DNA of 64,000 nucleotides, taken from positions 21,824,001 to 21,888,000 of the forward strand of contig NC_135255.1 of the NCBI RefSeq assembly GCF_964204865.1, read 5' to 3'. Source of the stretch: Styela clava (lineage: Eukaryota). Position 1 is the stretch's first letter. The number at the start of each line of letters is the position of its first letter. This document shows, in pieces, positions 51,801 through 64,000 of this stretch. The notes beneath the pieces were generated by a model, which searched no databases, was not told the origin of the DNA, and worked only from the letters and a program-made list of their open reading frames with translations. Both the position numbers and the translations under genes were made by a program.

Positions 51801-54800
51801 CCATGCTACTTCTATAAATGCAAAAGCAATGATACTAATATAATACCAAAAAATATCAAAATACGGCCATCAACTACAAAATGGAAAATTCATTCAATGG
51901 ACGATTAAATTTCTGTCACATCATGCAAAACATTTGAAAAGTTATACAACCATCAATAAATTGCAGACGAGAATATCGGCCAAGAGACCGAAGACTTATC
52001 GATCGAAAGTTAGGGGATCCCCCAAAACAGCGCTCTCACTCCATAGTGACACCTTGTGTCCCATCACTAATTAATAACTCGCTAATTATACGACATAATT
52101 CATCCAAAATCAATAGGCTTCTGGTCCGAGATAAGATGAATGCACATGCAAAATCTGTAGCGGATTCAATCTCGCTTTCGTGAGATATCGCGTGCATCTA
52201 ACAGACAGACAAATACCTATCAACATACTTACCGATTAAAATCTATAAGTAATGAGGATCTATTAGTGTTACTTTGATGTGCAATATCAGCATTTGTATC
52301 CCAACCTAAAACATACCATCCAATCCCATTCACCTACGAGCTTATTTGCCTATGGGCAGTGTATTTATGATATTTTCAAGGTTACTAGAAATACAACCGT
52401 CGCGTTTGCATACCCATACCAAAGCATTGCGTTATTTTTCATGGAGGCATCCCTTATTTTATTCCAAATGCAAAAAAGGGTTATACTTCTGGATTATGTG
52501 AAAGATGGTTGATTACTGGTAAGTGCGAGTTGACCACTGGACCCTTGGATGGTTTGCTGGATGACTATTTTAGTAGTCAAATATTCTGGTAACATGCCAT
52601 AGTCTGCCATAATTGAACGAAGACTTATTGGCTCGGTTTATGTGCTATTTATCAGTTTTATTAGTGTTTCTGATATTTAGACGTAAATAAAATGACTCTT
52701 TTACGCCTGAAAATTTATCCTTGCACTTCAACCCTTGACTACCTTTTGTGCTCATTTTAGGAGTATTCTACGAGCTCGCATTCGCAAACTGTGTTAAAAT
52801 CAATATTTTGTTCTCAAAAAACTGAGCAGCTGCCAATAAAATACTGAACCTAGTCTAGTAATATATCCAAGCAGTTTCGTAATCGTTTTTTTGCTTCGAT
52901 ACTCCGATTAAACCAAGGTTTCTGCACGTGACCCAGCTTTAGGCAATTTTATTTTATAGGAGGCCAAAATGACCGCTTGATTCAAACCTATATTATGAAA
53001 AAGAGTCATATTTATGCTGGAAATAGCGTCTGATTAAATTTCATTTATTGCATTTCCGTCATCTTTGCTGTTTAGCCATTGTTTCTGAAATAAACTGGGA
53101 AGTTCGTTCCCAGGGAAACGTTTATTACATGCAACATTTTGGGCTATCAATTTGACGCGGAACACATGAAGGCCTCTCTCACGGAACACCGGTTGAAAAT
53201 CACTGGTGTAGACAGTATATGTAACGACTTTTTACTGCGTCCCAGTCCTTGATTACTAAATCGTAAAGGCAGTTTCGTTATGTCACTTCAACATATTGAA
53301 ATTTCAGACGTATCCGTGTATCTCGTTTAAACACATTTACAGGAGAATGAAAATCAACCTATATTTTCGTATCTTAATTAGGCCCTCTTGAGTTTGCTTC
53401 AAGCTTGAACTTTAAAATAAATTCCAATTGTATTCGATAAAATGAATCCAGTTGAGCGAGTATCAACGGTGATGATGGGTTCACTGGGCCTCGAAACTAC
53501 AAAGCTTGATATAAAACCAGTGATAGAACGATTGTCATGGGATTTAATTAAGGTGGACAGGGCAACCTTGTGCTTGTTTGTGGGTGTTTCATGGAGATAT
53601 TAACGGCAATATGGCAATAATCAGTTAAAATTTTGGTGATAACTTTTAACAATATATTAAAAAAAATATAATGAGAGCATGTGAATTTTATTAAACAAAG
53701 ATGGAGATATATGGTTAAATACAAGCCTTTACCCACCGTCACATTGGGGGTGGATATTGGGTGTACTGAAAGCATGAACTGTGGCTCCAGTTTCTTTCCA
53801 CACTGAGTTGTTAGGAGAGAAAAGTCAAACAATATATACAAAATTAAATCATCCAACATCGAAGAGACAACTGAAAGTCAAATAATTTATTATGGGTAAG
53901 TATGATGATACACAACACGCATTGAAGTTTTTCATTAAACTAAAATGAGCTTCCACTAAATCACAAGTATTTCTCTGAATCATAAAATTTGACTTCAAAA
54001 TCTACGATTATCAGTCAAACAAGATATTACGGATACTTTTGAATATTCTAGTTTTTAAATTCTGTTCCAAGCTTTTACAATATTTCGAAAACTTTTTATT
54101 TTGAATAAATTTCATTAAAGCAGCTACGATTTTTCAAAAACATAATTATACTTATCACGACTTTGAAAAAATTCAAATGCTTTCACATGAATATGCGATG
54201 AAATTTAAATTTATCTTTTATATACTTTCGAAAACAAATTACAAATTACATGCATTTAAAGGTAACTCAATTGCATACTAGAAATTAACAGGCTTCAAGT
54301 ATCTTGGGAATTACTACAAGAATAATTATAACCTTGAGGTGCATTTGGCAAAAAATTTCGTATTTGAATTATGTAATTCACAACAATTAAATATGGAGAA
54401 ATAATTGAGGAAAAATATAAAAATTATTAGTTGTTGCTAACAGATCTCAATATGAAACTAATATTATACAATTAATTATCTTCACATATCACAAAAATGC
54501 ATTTACACAGATGCAGACAAAATGTTTTAAATGGAAACAGGCCATATATGAAATGCTAGTGCAGAGATGCGAAAATAAAATCTGCTCCAACTGGAATTTT
54601 GTACATCTCAACAGCTGAAATTAATAAAACAAAATTCCCGCTAGTATTACAGCTGATAATGATGACAATTTTCTTTTACAAATAAAAACAACTAAAACAA
54701 ACTAAAACCACTAAACTAAAATACACGCCATCCATGGCAAATTAGGGACAATTCCTGGTAGATAGGAATAACTAATTACTAAAAAATAGGTAAAGTACTG

Positions 54801-56923
54801 ATCAAAAGGGGAAATTATTCACCAAATTGTTTGCATAAGTAGTTAGTATTATGAATAAACAATAGCTTTATAGTATTAAATTGCATAAGAATTAACAAAA
54901 TATGAATTACTATGAAAACATGAAATGAAAATAAACATATAGGAAATTAACATTATAACTTGTAACATTGAAAAATACTAATATCCAGAATTACTTAATC
55001 TACTACAGATAGACAAGAGTTGATAAATCAACCAATGTCGCATAACAGATTTATTCATGTATTATGTACAAGTGACTCGTAACATTAACATTCAAATGAT
55101 TGAAATAAATAATATAATAAGTAATTGTAAATGGGGATTTGTCTAAAAAAAATTGCATATCTGAATTATATAATTGACAACAATGAAATACGAGATCTAA
55201 ATAATTATTTTTTGCCAGCAGAAGTAAATATGAAAGTGATATCAAAATATAGCAAGAAATATAAAATCAATGTGAATTGCTGAACCATGATTAAATTTTA
55301 AAATGATAAGTGATTGGAATAGCGATTATGGATCTCCCTTTAGGCAAAATAAAGTCACATATAGTCACTCTCCAATCATGGCTAATGAAGTCGAATTTGC
55401 AAAGAAAAAATATTGAATAAATATCTTGAAAAATAATCAGTGGACCATTTGAATTGCGTATTTTATAAATCAAAATTATACAGGGACCGCTCAAATATAG
55501 TTAAAGCATATAGTTTACAAAAAAGCATTGGAAAAACTATTGAAGGCTATTATGGTGGGATTATCTGGTTGGTTACAGCTCCCCCTGCCAAGCAAGTTCA
55601 TGATACATCTGAACATAGATCAGATTTTGGTAACCGGGCTGATAACAGAGTGCTCAGCTAGTATCCTCGCCAGGATAAATACAAAACTTATATATCGCAA
55701 TTATCACTGGCCCACATCTCTGTGACATCACAATGGGGCGGCATGATAGAAAGAGTATGTAAAGAATCAGTGTCTCCAGCACTGATTACAAAGCAGCAAA
55801 AGGCGACAAATGAGTATTTGCAAATTTGAGCACTCAATTCTTGTATTATCTCAAGCTATAAGCCACATAATAGATTTCTTTAGCGGATCCTCCAAAGTGC
55901 TTCATGAACCCAAAAGGTCAGCGAACTCCAGTTTGGGAATCACTGAGTTAGTTAGAGTAAAACTTGTGAGAGTTATTCAAAAACTTGACTCAAAGCATCA
56001 TTTTTTTCAATGAATAAAAAAAATGCTCTTTTACTTTTGCAAAGTCTTGAAACATCTTTATCCAAAATGATAACGTAATTGAAATGGAACTGAATAACAG
56101 TGGAAGAATAAAATATATAAAAACAGGTCAAATATGAGAACAAAGTATATTTTGACTCCCAAATCAGCATAACAACAATACCTGAGTCTGGAAATCAATC
56201 TACAAATAGGAAAATGTAAGCAAAAGCATGAGTTTAATAAATTTAGCGGAATTATTGTGGATAATTTTAAAATATGAAAGGCACGTGTTTCCTTCCCCAC
56301 AAACAGAAGAATAATAAGAAAATGAAAAACACAAATGAGCACATGTTTGCTCACCTATAAAAGAATGAATACTAGGAGCGTGATAAAAACATTCATTCTC
56401 TCTCACAGATTTGTAAACTCTGACCGACCGAATCTTCTCATCCTTACTCAAAGGCTTAACAAACAACAAAACAACTATTAGTATAAGGGAAATTACTTAA
56501 GTAATTAGGATGGAATTAGCCAGATGTGGAAGGATGAACTGATTTAAATGTTTGTTCATACAGTAGATGTAATATAAGGAAATATATACATATATGCATA
56601 ATTATCATGTAGTTGATTAATAATAAAAGGATAAAACAGATCAAAAACGATGGAAAATCGAGAAAAGATAAATTGTAGGTTTTGAAAACTCGGCCAATTA
56701 GCATAATAGAAAAATATTGACAAATACAATTCTTGATCATTCTCAAATTGACAGAATAAAGTTTGATTTAAACACGCAAGGACGAGTCTGACTGATATTG
56801 CAGTTCACCCAACTTCATAATATTCATAAGTGGCTTGATAATGACACTACGAAATCAATGAAGGAGTTTAATATAGTATTGTCCGGATAGTGTTGAACGT
56901 CCATTGTTGATCATCTATTGTTA

Positions 56924-59900
56924 TTATTTAATTCCTGCTTCCTTTAATTTCGCCTCCAATGCTGCACGAAGTTTACGCGTATGGTCATCATCAGGATATC
57001 CATTGCTGAAAAAGATTAGATTGCATGAGAGATAATGGCAGTTGCATATGAGTCTGATTTCAATTAACTGTGAAAAAATAAGATGTTCGATAAAAGAACA
57101 CTGAAAGTTACAAATATTTGACTCCATAGTACTAAGAAACGCTTAACTTAGCGATGCCTGTGTGAGTGAGATTCGAATGTAAGGTTTAGATGTGTAAAAA
57201 GGATGTCAAGTCAACTTTACTCTTAGGTAGAACTTCAAAACCCAGTAAGTCTGATTGGACAGAGCACTGATCGATGCGAAAGTGTAAAACCACCAAATAG
57301 AAAATAAATTGATTTGAGGGCAATGGCCTAGTGCAGCGGTTCCCAAAAGGTGAGTCGCGTGTTTTCAGGTGTGCCACGAAAATTATTAGAATAACTAATA
57401 TAAAATATGATTTGATATTTTACAATTTACATATTGTCTTTATTATAAAAGTTTTATTGTTTCCTATTTAAATGCTGTGTATATGGATCAATAAATTCCA
57501 TTTAGCTTGCTATGTCGTTATGTAACAATAGATATAAACACCACTGCAATTTCGTGAGATGCAATTTATTTATCTGCTGAACTGAGTTAAGCGAACATGC
57601 AGAGATGAAGAAGAAAAGCTGGCCTTTTACCTCCATTCCTTAGGCCTACGAGTTTACTAGCGTTAGAGGACATAAAGTACACCCTAACGATCACAATATT
57701 TACCATACTGTTCCGTGCAAGAGCGTCGCGAGCATTTTCCCTTGATAATTTGGCGCCGTACGAACAAAAGGTTTGGAAACCGCTGGCCTAGTGGTTAAGT
57801 GTTAGACTTGACTAATGACTTGGCTGGCATCGCAATTCGCACATATCAAGTTCAAATCCCATAACCACCAAACCCAAGGTGTAAAAAATGAGTAGGCAAT
57901 GCTGAACTGAAAAGATTCTATTTCTTCCATATAATAGTAGCCCTTTACATATTGCTAGATATCAGTGGAAGTTTGAACAGGGCCTTGTTTACAGCAAAAT
58001 GTGTGAATGAGCATCTCATATATGAAAACCTTAAACATCTCATTTATAATAGAATTTTAAGAATAAGCAGTGTAAGTGTAACTATAATTTATATGTTGGA
58101 TGCCCCATGAAACTTTGACAACAGAGAAGCAGAAGTTTAGTCGTTACTGGAATACGGATCAAATAGTTACAAAATTGGGCAACCATAATTCCAATGACAG
58201 ATGTGACAACAGAGAAACCTAGTAAACAACAGCTGGTCGTTGAACCTGGTTACAGTCACGTTGCAGACAATTCAAGCCTGAATATCATAATGGTTGATTC
58301 TGATTGTTACTAAAAAATTACCCTCAGTCACATACACCCTAACATTTTGCAACAGCATGACAAATCATGGTCAATATTTATCAGGAATAAAAAGAATGCT
58401 TCCTGGCCATCCCTCACCCATCAACTGAAATTTGATGGATGCGATGGTTTCTTATATATAGCCTTGTTCAAAGTCAAAGGTGTACAATGGATGGGTATTA
58501 ATAACAAATTTAAATGTTGCTTGAAATCAAGAGAGGAAAGTTGAGAACGTTGTACTTGATTTTACCAAGGATGAGATCAGGCGCGCAGCCAGGATTTTCA
58601 AAAGGGGGGGGTTCATAATCATAAATTCCCATTGCGGTCTGTAACAATCTTCGCATTACGCGCTCGTTAAAGGGTCGTCTTTTCAGCGAATAATGATTAT
58701 TCTTGTTGCGTGAAATATTCAATTCCTGACAACTACAAAATTCTAAAATGTCTTTATATATTTATTTAATTGTGTCCAATGTAACTCGCGGTTTCTTCTT
58801 CATACGTCAAAATTAAAACATTAGTTCTCTGAAATGCCACGGCGATCGGTGGACATAAAAATATGAGATAAACGGTGTATTTAATTTGAATACGTATTTT
58901 TGGAATCTTGCCAACTCGTTATCGCTGTTAGAAAAATCTCAATAACTGATATAAAATCCCGAAAAGTACAATTTTATTTCGTACAATGAAAATGCCTATG
59001 AAGTATATCGTTAAATTAAAAATACATATTCATCGCCGCGATTAGGCCACTTGTTAAAAGAGCCGACGTTTACAACGAAAAATGATTTTCCTGTTGTGCA
59101 AAGTAATCAATTCGTGACCGATAAGGGCATATTTAAAATGTCTTGCTTTATTAATTTAATTGTCTTCAATTTAACCAGCGTTTCGTCGACAAAACAAAAC
59201 AATTTTTTACAATTCACAATTTTAAAATACCTCGGCCAATTGCCGACATAAAAATTTGTGGTAACTGCCCGTCGCCTATTATATATTGTTTTGATCCGCA
59301 TTTTTTCTATTTTGCAAATTCGACAAATTTGAGATGTGCTTGTAACATTGACATATAAATTACGGTTTTATTTTCAGTATTTTATAATGCAGCTTTTCAA
59401 TCAAATTTAGATCGCGGTTTTACTCCTTTTGTCTTTAGAACCTCGCCACCGATGAACGTATATTACAAACTCATGAATTCACAATTCCGTGCAAAGTACA
59501 AAAATAAAATAATTATCATGTTTATCGTGGCACAAATTTATGACTTAGAAAGAATAAAAACCGACATAAGGGCGTTTACGGCCTAAATAACACGCTGATG
59601 AAAACATGGGCGATTTTAGCAGAAGGCAATTGTACGCTTTTTCATTTTTCACATTTACGTGCGGGTACAAAAATAAAATAATTATCATTGTTCCCGCGGT
59701 ACAAATTTGTGATTTAAAGAGAATAAACACCAATGTGAAGGGCGTTCACGGCATAAATAAGACGCCGCGTTGATGAAAACGAACAGCGATTTTAGCAGAA
59801 GGCAATTGCACGTGTTATCGGCAACTTTTTCACTTTTCAGAAAATTTCAAAAGGGGGGGAGGGGGGTTCGACCCCGAAAACCCCACTTGGCTGCGCCACT

Positions 59901-62900
59901 GGATGAGATATCTGTGGTTGAGTGGTTACAAATGTCACAAGCTGGATGGATGGTACTGGGATCAAAAGTGCAACCCAAACATGCCTTTCTTTGATTTATA
60001 AATAAGAGTTTGCAAAATAGTGTTTAATTTTAATACAAAACATGACTTATTATGTGCAAGTTCATTTTTCTAACTTTGCATGGAAGGTCAGATTGGAAAA
60101 TAAATATTGATTTGGTTCATTTTAAGGTGCTCCCGTAGTATGTGAACCAAGATGGCGGACATCGGAACACAGTATGTGTATCAGGTTTGGGTTGGGCCAT
60201 AATTTCAGGTACAAATACTACAGGAGTCACTTGGCTGGTTCCCGAACTCGTAATCGAACTAAAACAAGGAAAATTGGAATAAAATTATGGCCTAACCCTA
60301 ACCTGGTACACATACTATGTTCAGGTGTTCGCCATCTTGTTGCACATTTTATGGAGCAGCGCCGATTTAAATTTTTGCGATTCACATTTTAAATCTCAAG
60401 TTTTGTTGGAACTAAATTTTTAGTACATCTGTAGTACTTGATATAACTTAGTTGAGGTCCCAGTCAATCCTTATAACAATTGAGCATATTTTAGAATATT
60501 TAATCAGAAAACTTACTTATCTGGACCTCCAAGTTTGTTAGTCTTATGAGGAATTTCATCATTCCATATTATCTCTCCTCGGCTGCTTCCAATTATCTGA
60601 ATCTTGAAGAGCAATCCTGCAATGAATGCTTTCTGGAGCATGTCATTAAGGTATCCAGGCAAATATTCAGTGAATTCCTTTGCCTCATATGAAACACCCT
60701 GCAAAATAAACATAATAAGTTATTCAACTTCCAACTCTGATAATTTATTAAAACTGATATAAATAAACACAGGTGCTCCAGAAGTATGCGCACCAAAATG
60801 TCGCACAACCTGAATCCTAACCGATACACACATACTGTGTTCAGGTTGACTATCAAAACATTTGATTTCTAGGTCAGGAGGAGGGCACACATTTGAACCA
60901 AAGATGTTTTACATGTGCAAACAAGTAAAATATCCTCAGGAAACATATAATCAGTGGCACCTTGTTCAGAGTTGCCTTCACATAACATTATTTAAAAAAA
61001 AGTTTTAATTTTTCAAAAAAGAAATCAAACATAATATATCTATGATTGGGAGCAGAGTTAGAATATGATGACACTAACATTTTACTGATACACAAAAAAT
61101 CCACTGATATGTAAGAGGTTATTTAGGAAACAACAAAAGGACCAACATTTTTTCAGGCAGAGCATTGCTTGCCAATTTAAATACATCGTTGGTGAGATCG
61201 TCGATTTGGGATTTGAAGATTAATGTGAAGAGAAGTAGCCAAACTACGTTTGCATCACAGGGTAAAAATCCTGGATTCAAGCACATTACTCAGTGCATAA
61301 TGAAATAGGTAGGAGTGTAAGATAAATTAGGTAGGCAATGCAACCAGAATGATTTCAGTACTACAATAAATAGTAGTGCCTTGTGTATCAGTGGCTGCTC
61401 ATACATAGCCTCTTTTGGAACAAAAGACATGACAAACGTATCATAGAAAATATTCATATAGTAAGTTTGTCATTTTAGGCGCTTGGAATCTTATAGCCGG
61501 ACAAAACTATCAGACTTAAGATAAATTATGAAGAATATTGCCAAAATGAAATACCTATATTACTATTTCATATAAATTCTCAGAATAATTTTTTTTTCTC
61601 AATATTAAATATATTTTAAATTGGGCCATGCCCAACAAGAGTCTGTGAAAATCACTGTACAATTACATATGTAGAAATTTAATTCAGTAATGCAGAATAA
61701 TTGATATAAACACAGCTTGGATTGATTTTTGCAATTTGCAATATCAGATTTTGGAGAAAGTCATACGATTTTCTTCAATAATCAAATGCTTTGAAGGACA
61801 AATTCTGAAATGAAAACCTCAAATCAAGAATTTGCTCTATGTAATATAAACAATTGTGACTATATTCATTTATTTTGGACATCAGCTGGACTGGTAGAGG
61901 AAAATTCTGCAAGGGGCCATTAGACCAACATAAAAAACTGCTTTCTGGAAACATCGGAAAAAATTTCTAGAACATCTAAGCACTAAGGTGTTGTGATGGT
62001 CTTGTGGTTATATCATTGGACTTAGCTATGTTGAATCATAATTTAAAGGTCTCAAGTTCAAGTCACATGCCCACTGCCTTATCCAGGATGTAATAACTTG
62101 AGTAGGCAATGCTGAAACGAAAAATTCACTTCCAAAAATAGCAGCTTCTTATGCATTAGTGGTTACTTATGCAGGGCCCTGTTTAAAGTGAACAATGTAA
62201 TAACAAAGGTGTAATTAAAATTCAATTGCTATTTGGGGGCAGAAAAATTGTATTTGGAAGATTTAATGTTAAACATAGAATCAATGTAAAATATTACAAC
62301 AAGAATCTTGGTTCCAGTAAATTCGTAATTTAATATTAAACCAACGGAATTCATTACTTGACTCACATTCAGACTTCCAGCAGGGAATGAGTAGGTGATG
62401 ACATAAGTGCTGAACCCTTCATACCCTGGCAATGATTCACGCAACCCTTTCTTTGACATGCTTCCACCTGGTGGTTGTTGGTTGATGATTCTTAGACCAG
62501 ATGAAGTAGCTTGACTTGAAGACGGAGATTCTGTAAATTGAAAATTATTTTAGTGAAAGATGAACACAAGATATGATTCTGATTACGCTTAGAATAAAAC
62601 GATAGGGCATTTTGTAATATTATACATATAAGCCCTCATGAAATCTTATAAGCCCCTACGGCAGTGCTGGGCTCAAATCGTGTATTATATTTTTACTAAT
62701 GCATTTGCATATGAGTAATATTGAATGTTTTGTAAGAATTTACTACTATAAATAAGTATGTATTGCCTGCTCAATCTATTTCACCCTGGGTGAGATGTAG
62801 GATTTGAACCAGGGAGGTGTAATCTGAAATGGCAACGGCTAAGCCCAATGCTTCAACCACTGGCAATGCACCAACCTCGTTACTTTTAAATCATTAGTAC

Positions 62901-64000
62901 TAGAAACTCAAGTGGAGTTGAGGTGACCAATATTCTAATTATGTTAAATATCAAACCAGTATTTATATTGTCTATGGATAAACATTAATTTCAATTAGCC
63001 TACATATATTCTGAATTAGAATAAATTCTAAAAAAATTAATAAGAATGACATATTTCATTTTTTTGAGTTGTCTTGAAAATAACATTTTATTCAAAAACA
63101 TCAATTTAATATAGCAGAACTTCCTAAATATGTCTTCATTGAAGCGTTTTTGTGGGAGAAGTGGAATCGGAGTACTTGTATAAAGTATCATAATATAAAC
63201 AAGATTTTCGCCATTAATGCAAAAGCTTTATCTCCCATGTCTGACTACATAACTTATAAGTAATAATTTTAGCAAATATTGCTATGTAATGAAAAATTGG
63301 GTTTTAAAATTACTCGCACACAGCTATTTCATAAGTTTATACTCGCATGCAAATTATTTGTCAACTTTATAATGTTTCCATTCAAAAACGAAAAAATGGC
63401 GATTTCGCAGACTGCAATTTTTACACAAAAAGAGATTCAGTAGTGAACACTGCTCATCAGAATAATGTCATACTAACTGAAGTATGCTTATGGGGCCCTG
63501 TCAAGCCATGAATATAACATTTGAGCTTCTGTATATAATTAAAGTTATGTCTTTTGAAGGCCTGAACATTTGCAAGTTTCGGAATTAAGGCTTGACAATT
63601 TTTTGAAGTACAAGATTGAAATTTGGAATTGGGTGCCATTTCCCTTATCTAGAAAGGTCCTTCATGTATACAACAATGTTCGTACCGGTAGAATTGTATA
63701 AGTTTTATTTTTTTAATGACATCAGCGTGAAACCATTATATTAATCTTACAGTATATCTTACAGCCTTGTTATGCACAGGTGAAAGATCCATGACTGGTG
63801 ATGCTGCTAAAAATTTGCCATGCAGGCCATGCAGGCTTAATTCCTCGATAATAACAAATGACAACAGCGAGAAACTAGTTTTATGTTTGTTCCAGTTTTA
63901 GGAGCTACTTGTTTATAGCCTTGTACAAAAGTAAGAGACGAGATATATTGTACAAGAAACCCAACCTGTAGTCTTAGATCTTGCTCCTGATGATGAATTC
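56924..64000 (-). CDS. Paralog 3 of the BTB/DTC family, 5'-partial (exons >64000-63966, 62530-62367, 60698-60517, 57005-56924)
   Basis: Exons and introns are colinear with paralog 2 (30799-36160); ends NNGYPDDDHTRKLRAALEAKLKEAGIK*. Its BTB and ZU5 exons are outside the window and only inferred. Confidence 0.78.
57334..57785. mobile_element. hAT MITE (452 bp) inserted into the A-box region of a degenerate tRNA-like SINE
   Basis: TSD GCCTAGTG (57326-57333, 57786-57793); TIRs CAGCGGTTCCCAAA / TTTGGAAACCGCTG. Confidence 0.85.
58578..59901. mobile_element. Non-autonomous hAT-like element (1324 bp)
   Basis: TSD GATGAGAT (58570-58577, 59902-59909); TIRs CAGGCGCGCAGCCA / TGGCTGCGCCACTG; absent at the matching site in paralog 2 (~31865). 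Confidence 0.85.

Larger units (their letters stand above)
50615..64000. repeat. Segmental duplicate of ~25890-36160 (intergenic region plus 3' half of the gene)
   Basis: Colinear homology, e.g. 50615-52620 to 25890-28720, 55490-55700 to 29210-29430, 56760-64000 to 30645-36160, differing by TE insertions. Confidence 0.88.

Noticed and set aside
52700-55490. AT-rich block absent from the paralogous region; possible decayed TE or viral gene
   Set aside because: No recognisable ORF, termini or TSD that I could establish by eye.

Overview
AT-rich animal genomic DNA with spliceosomal introns and tRNA-derived SINEs; it resembles a marine invertebrate, possibly an ascidian, but the species cannot be fixed from the sequence alone. 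(1) Bases 1-17294 are a head-to-tail array of at least 6 apparently identical copies (2937-bp period) of an intact pogo-family DD35D DNA transposon with a two-exon, 580-aa transposase. All five internal junctions lack the TA target duplication and one terminal base, while the outer end is intact and followed by TA. (2) The rest holds three tandem minus-strand paralogs of a spliced gene the ORF track only shows in pieces: BTB-BACK-BACK fused to a Deltex C-terminal (DTC) domain with no RING and no Kelch. Paralog 2 also carries a phase-1 cassette with ZU5/UPA-like and spacer exons; paralog 3 shows the last spacer exon at the window edge. The DTC exons diverge more at amino-acid-changing sites than the flanking introns appear to, and the Deltex catalytic His/Glu appear substituted. 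The pogo array sits in the last intron of paralog 1. (3) A 6.9-kb Mutator-like element (PHD-FLYWCH-MULE transposase, frameshifted) has long TIRs, a 67-bp subterminal array and three retroelement 3' ends nested in its TIRs. hAT MITEs, SINEs, Helentron-like elements and a recent 725-bp tandem duplication are also present. All gene models were read by eye from GT-AG sites and reading phase and need RNA confirmation.
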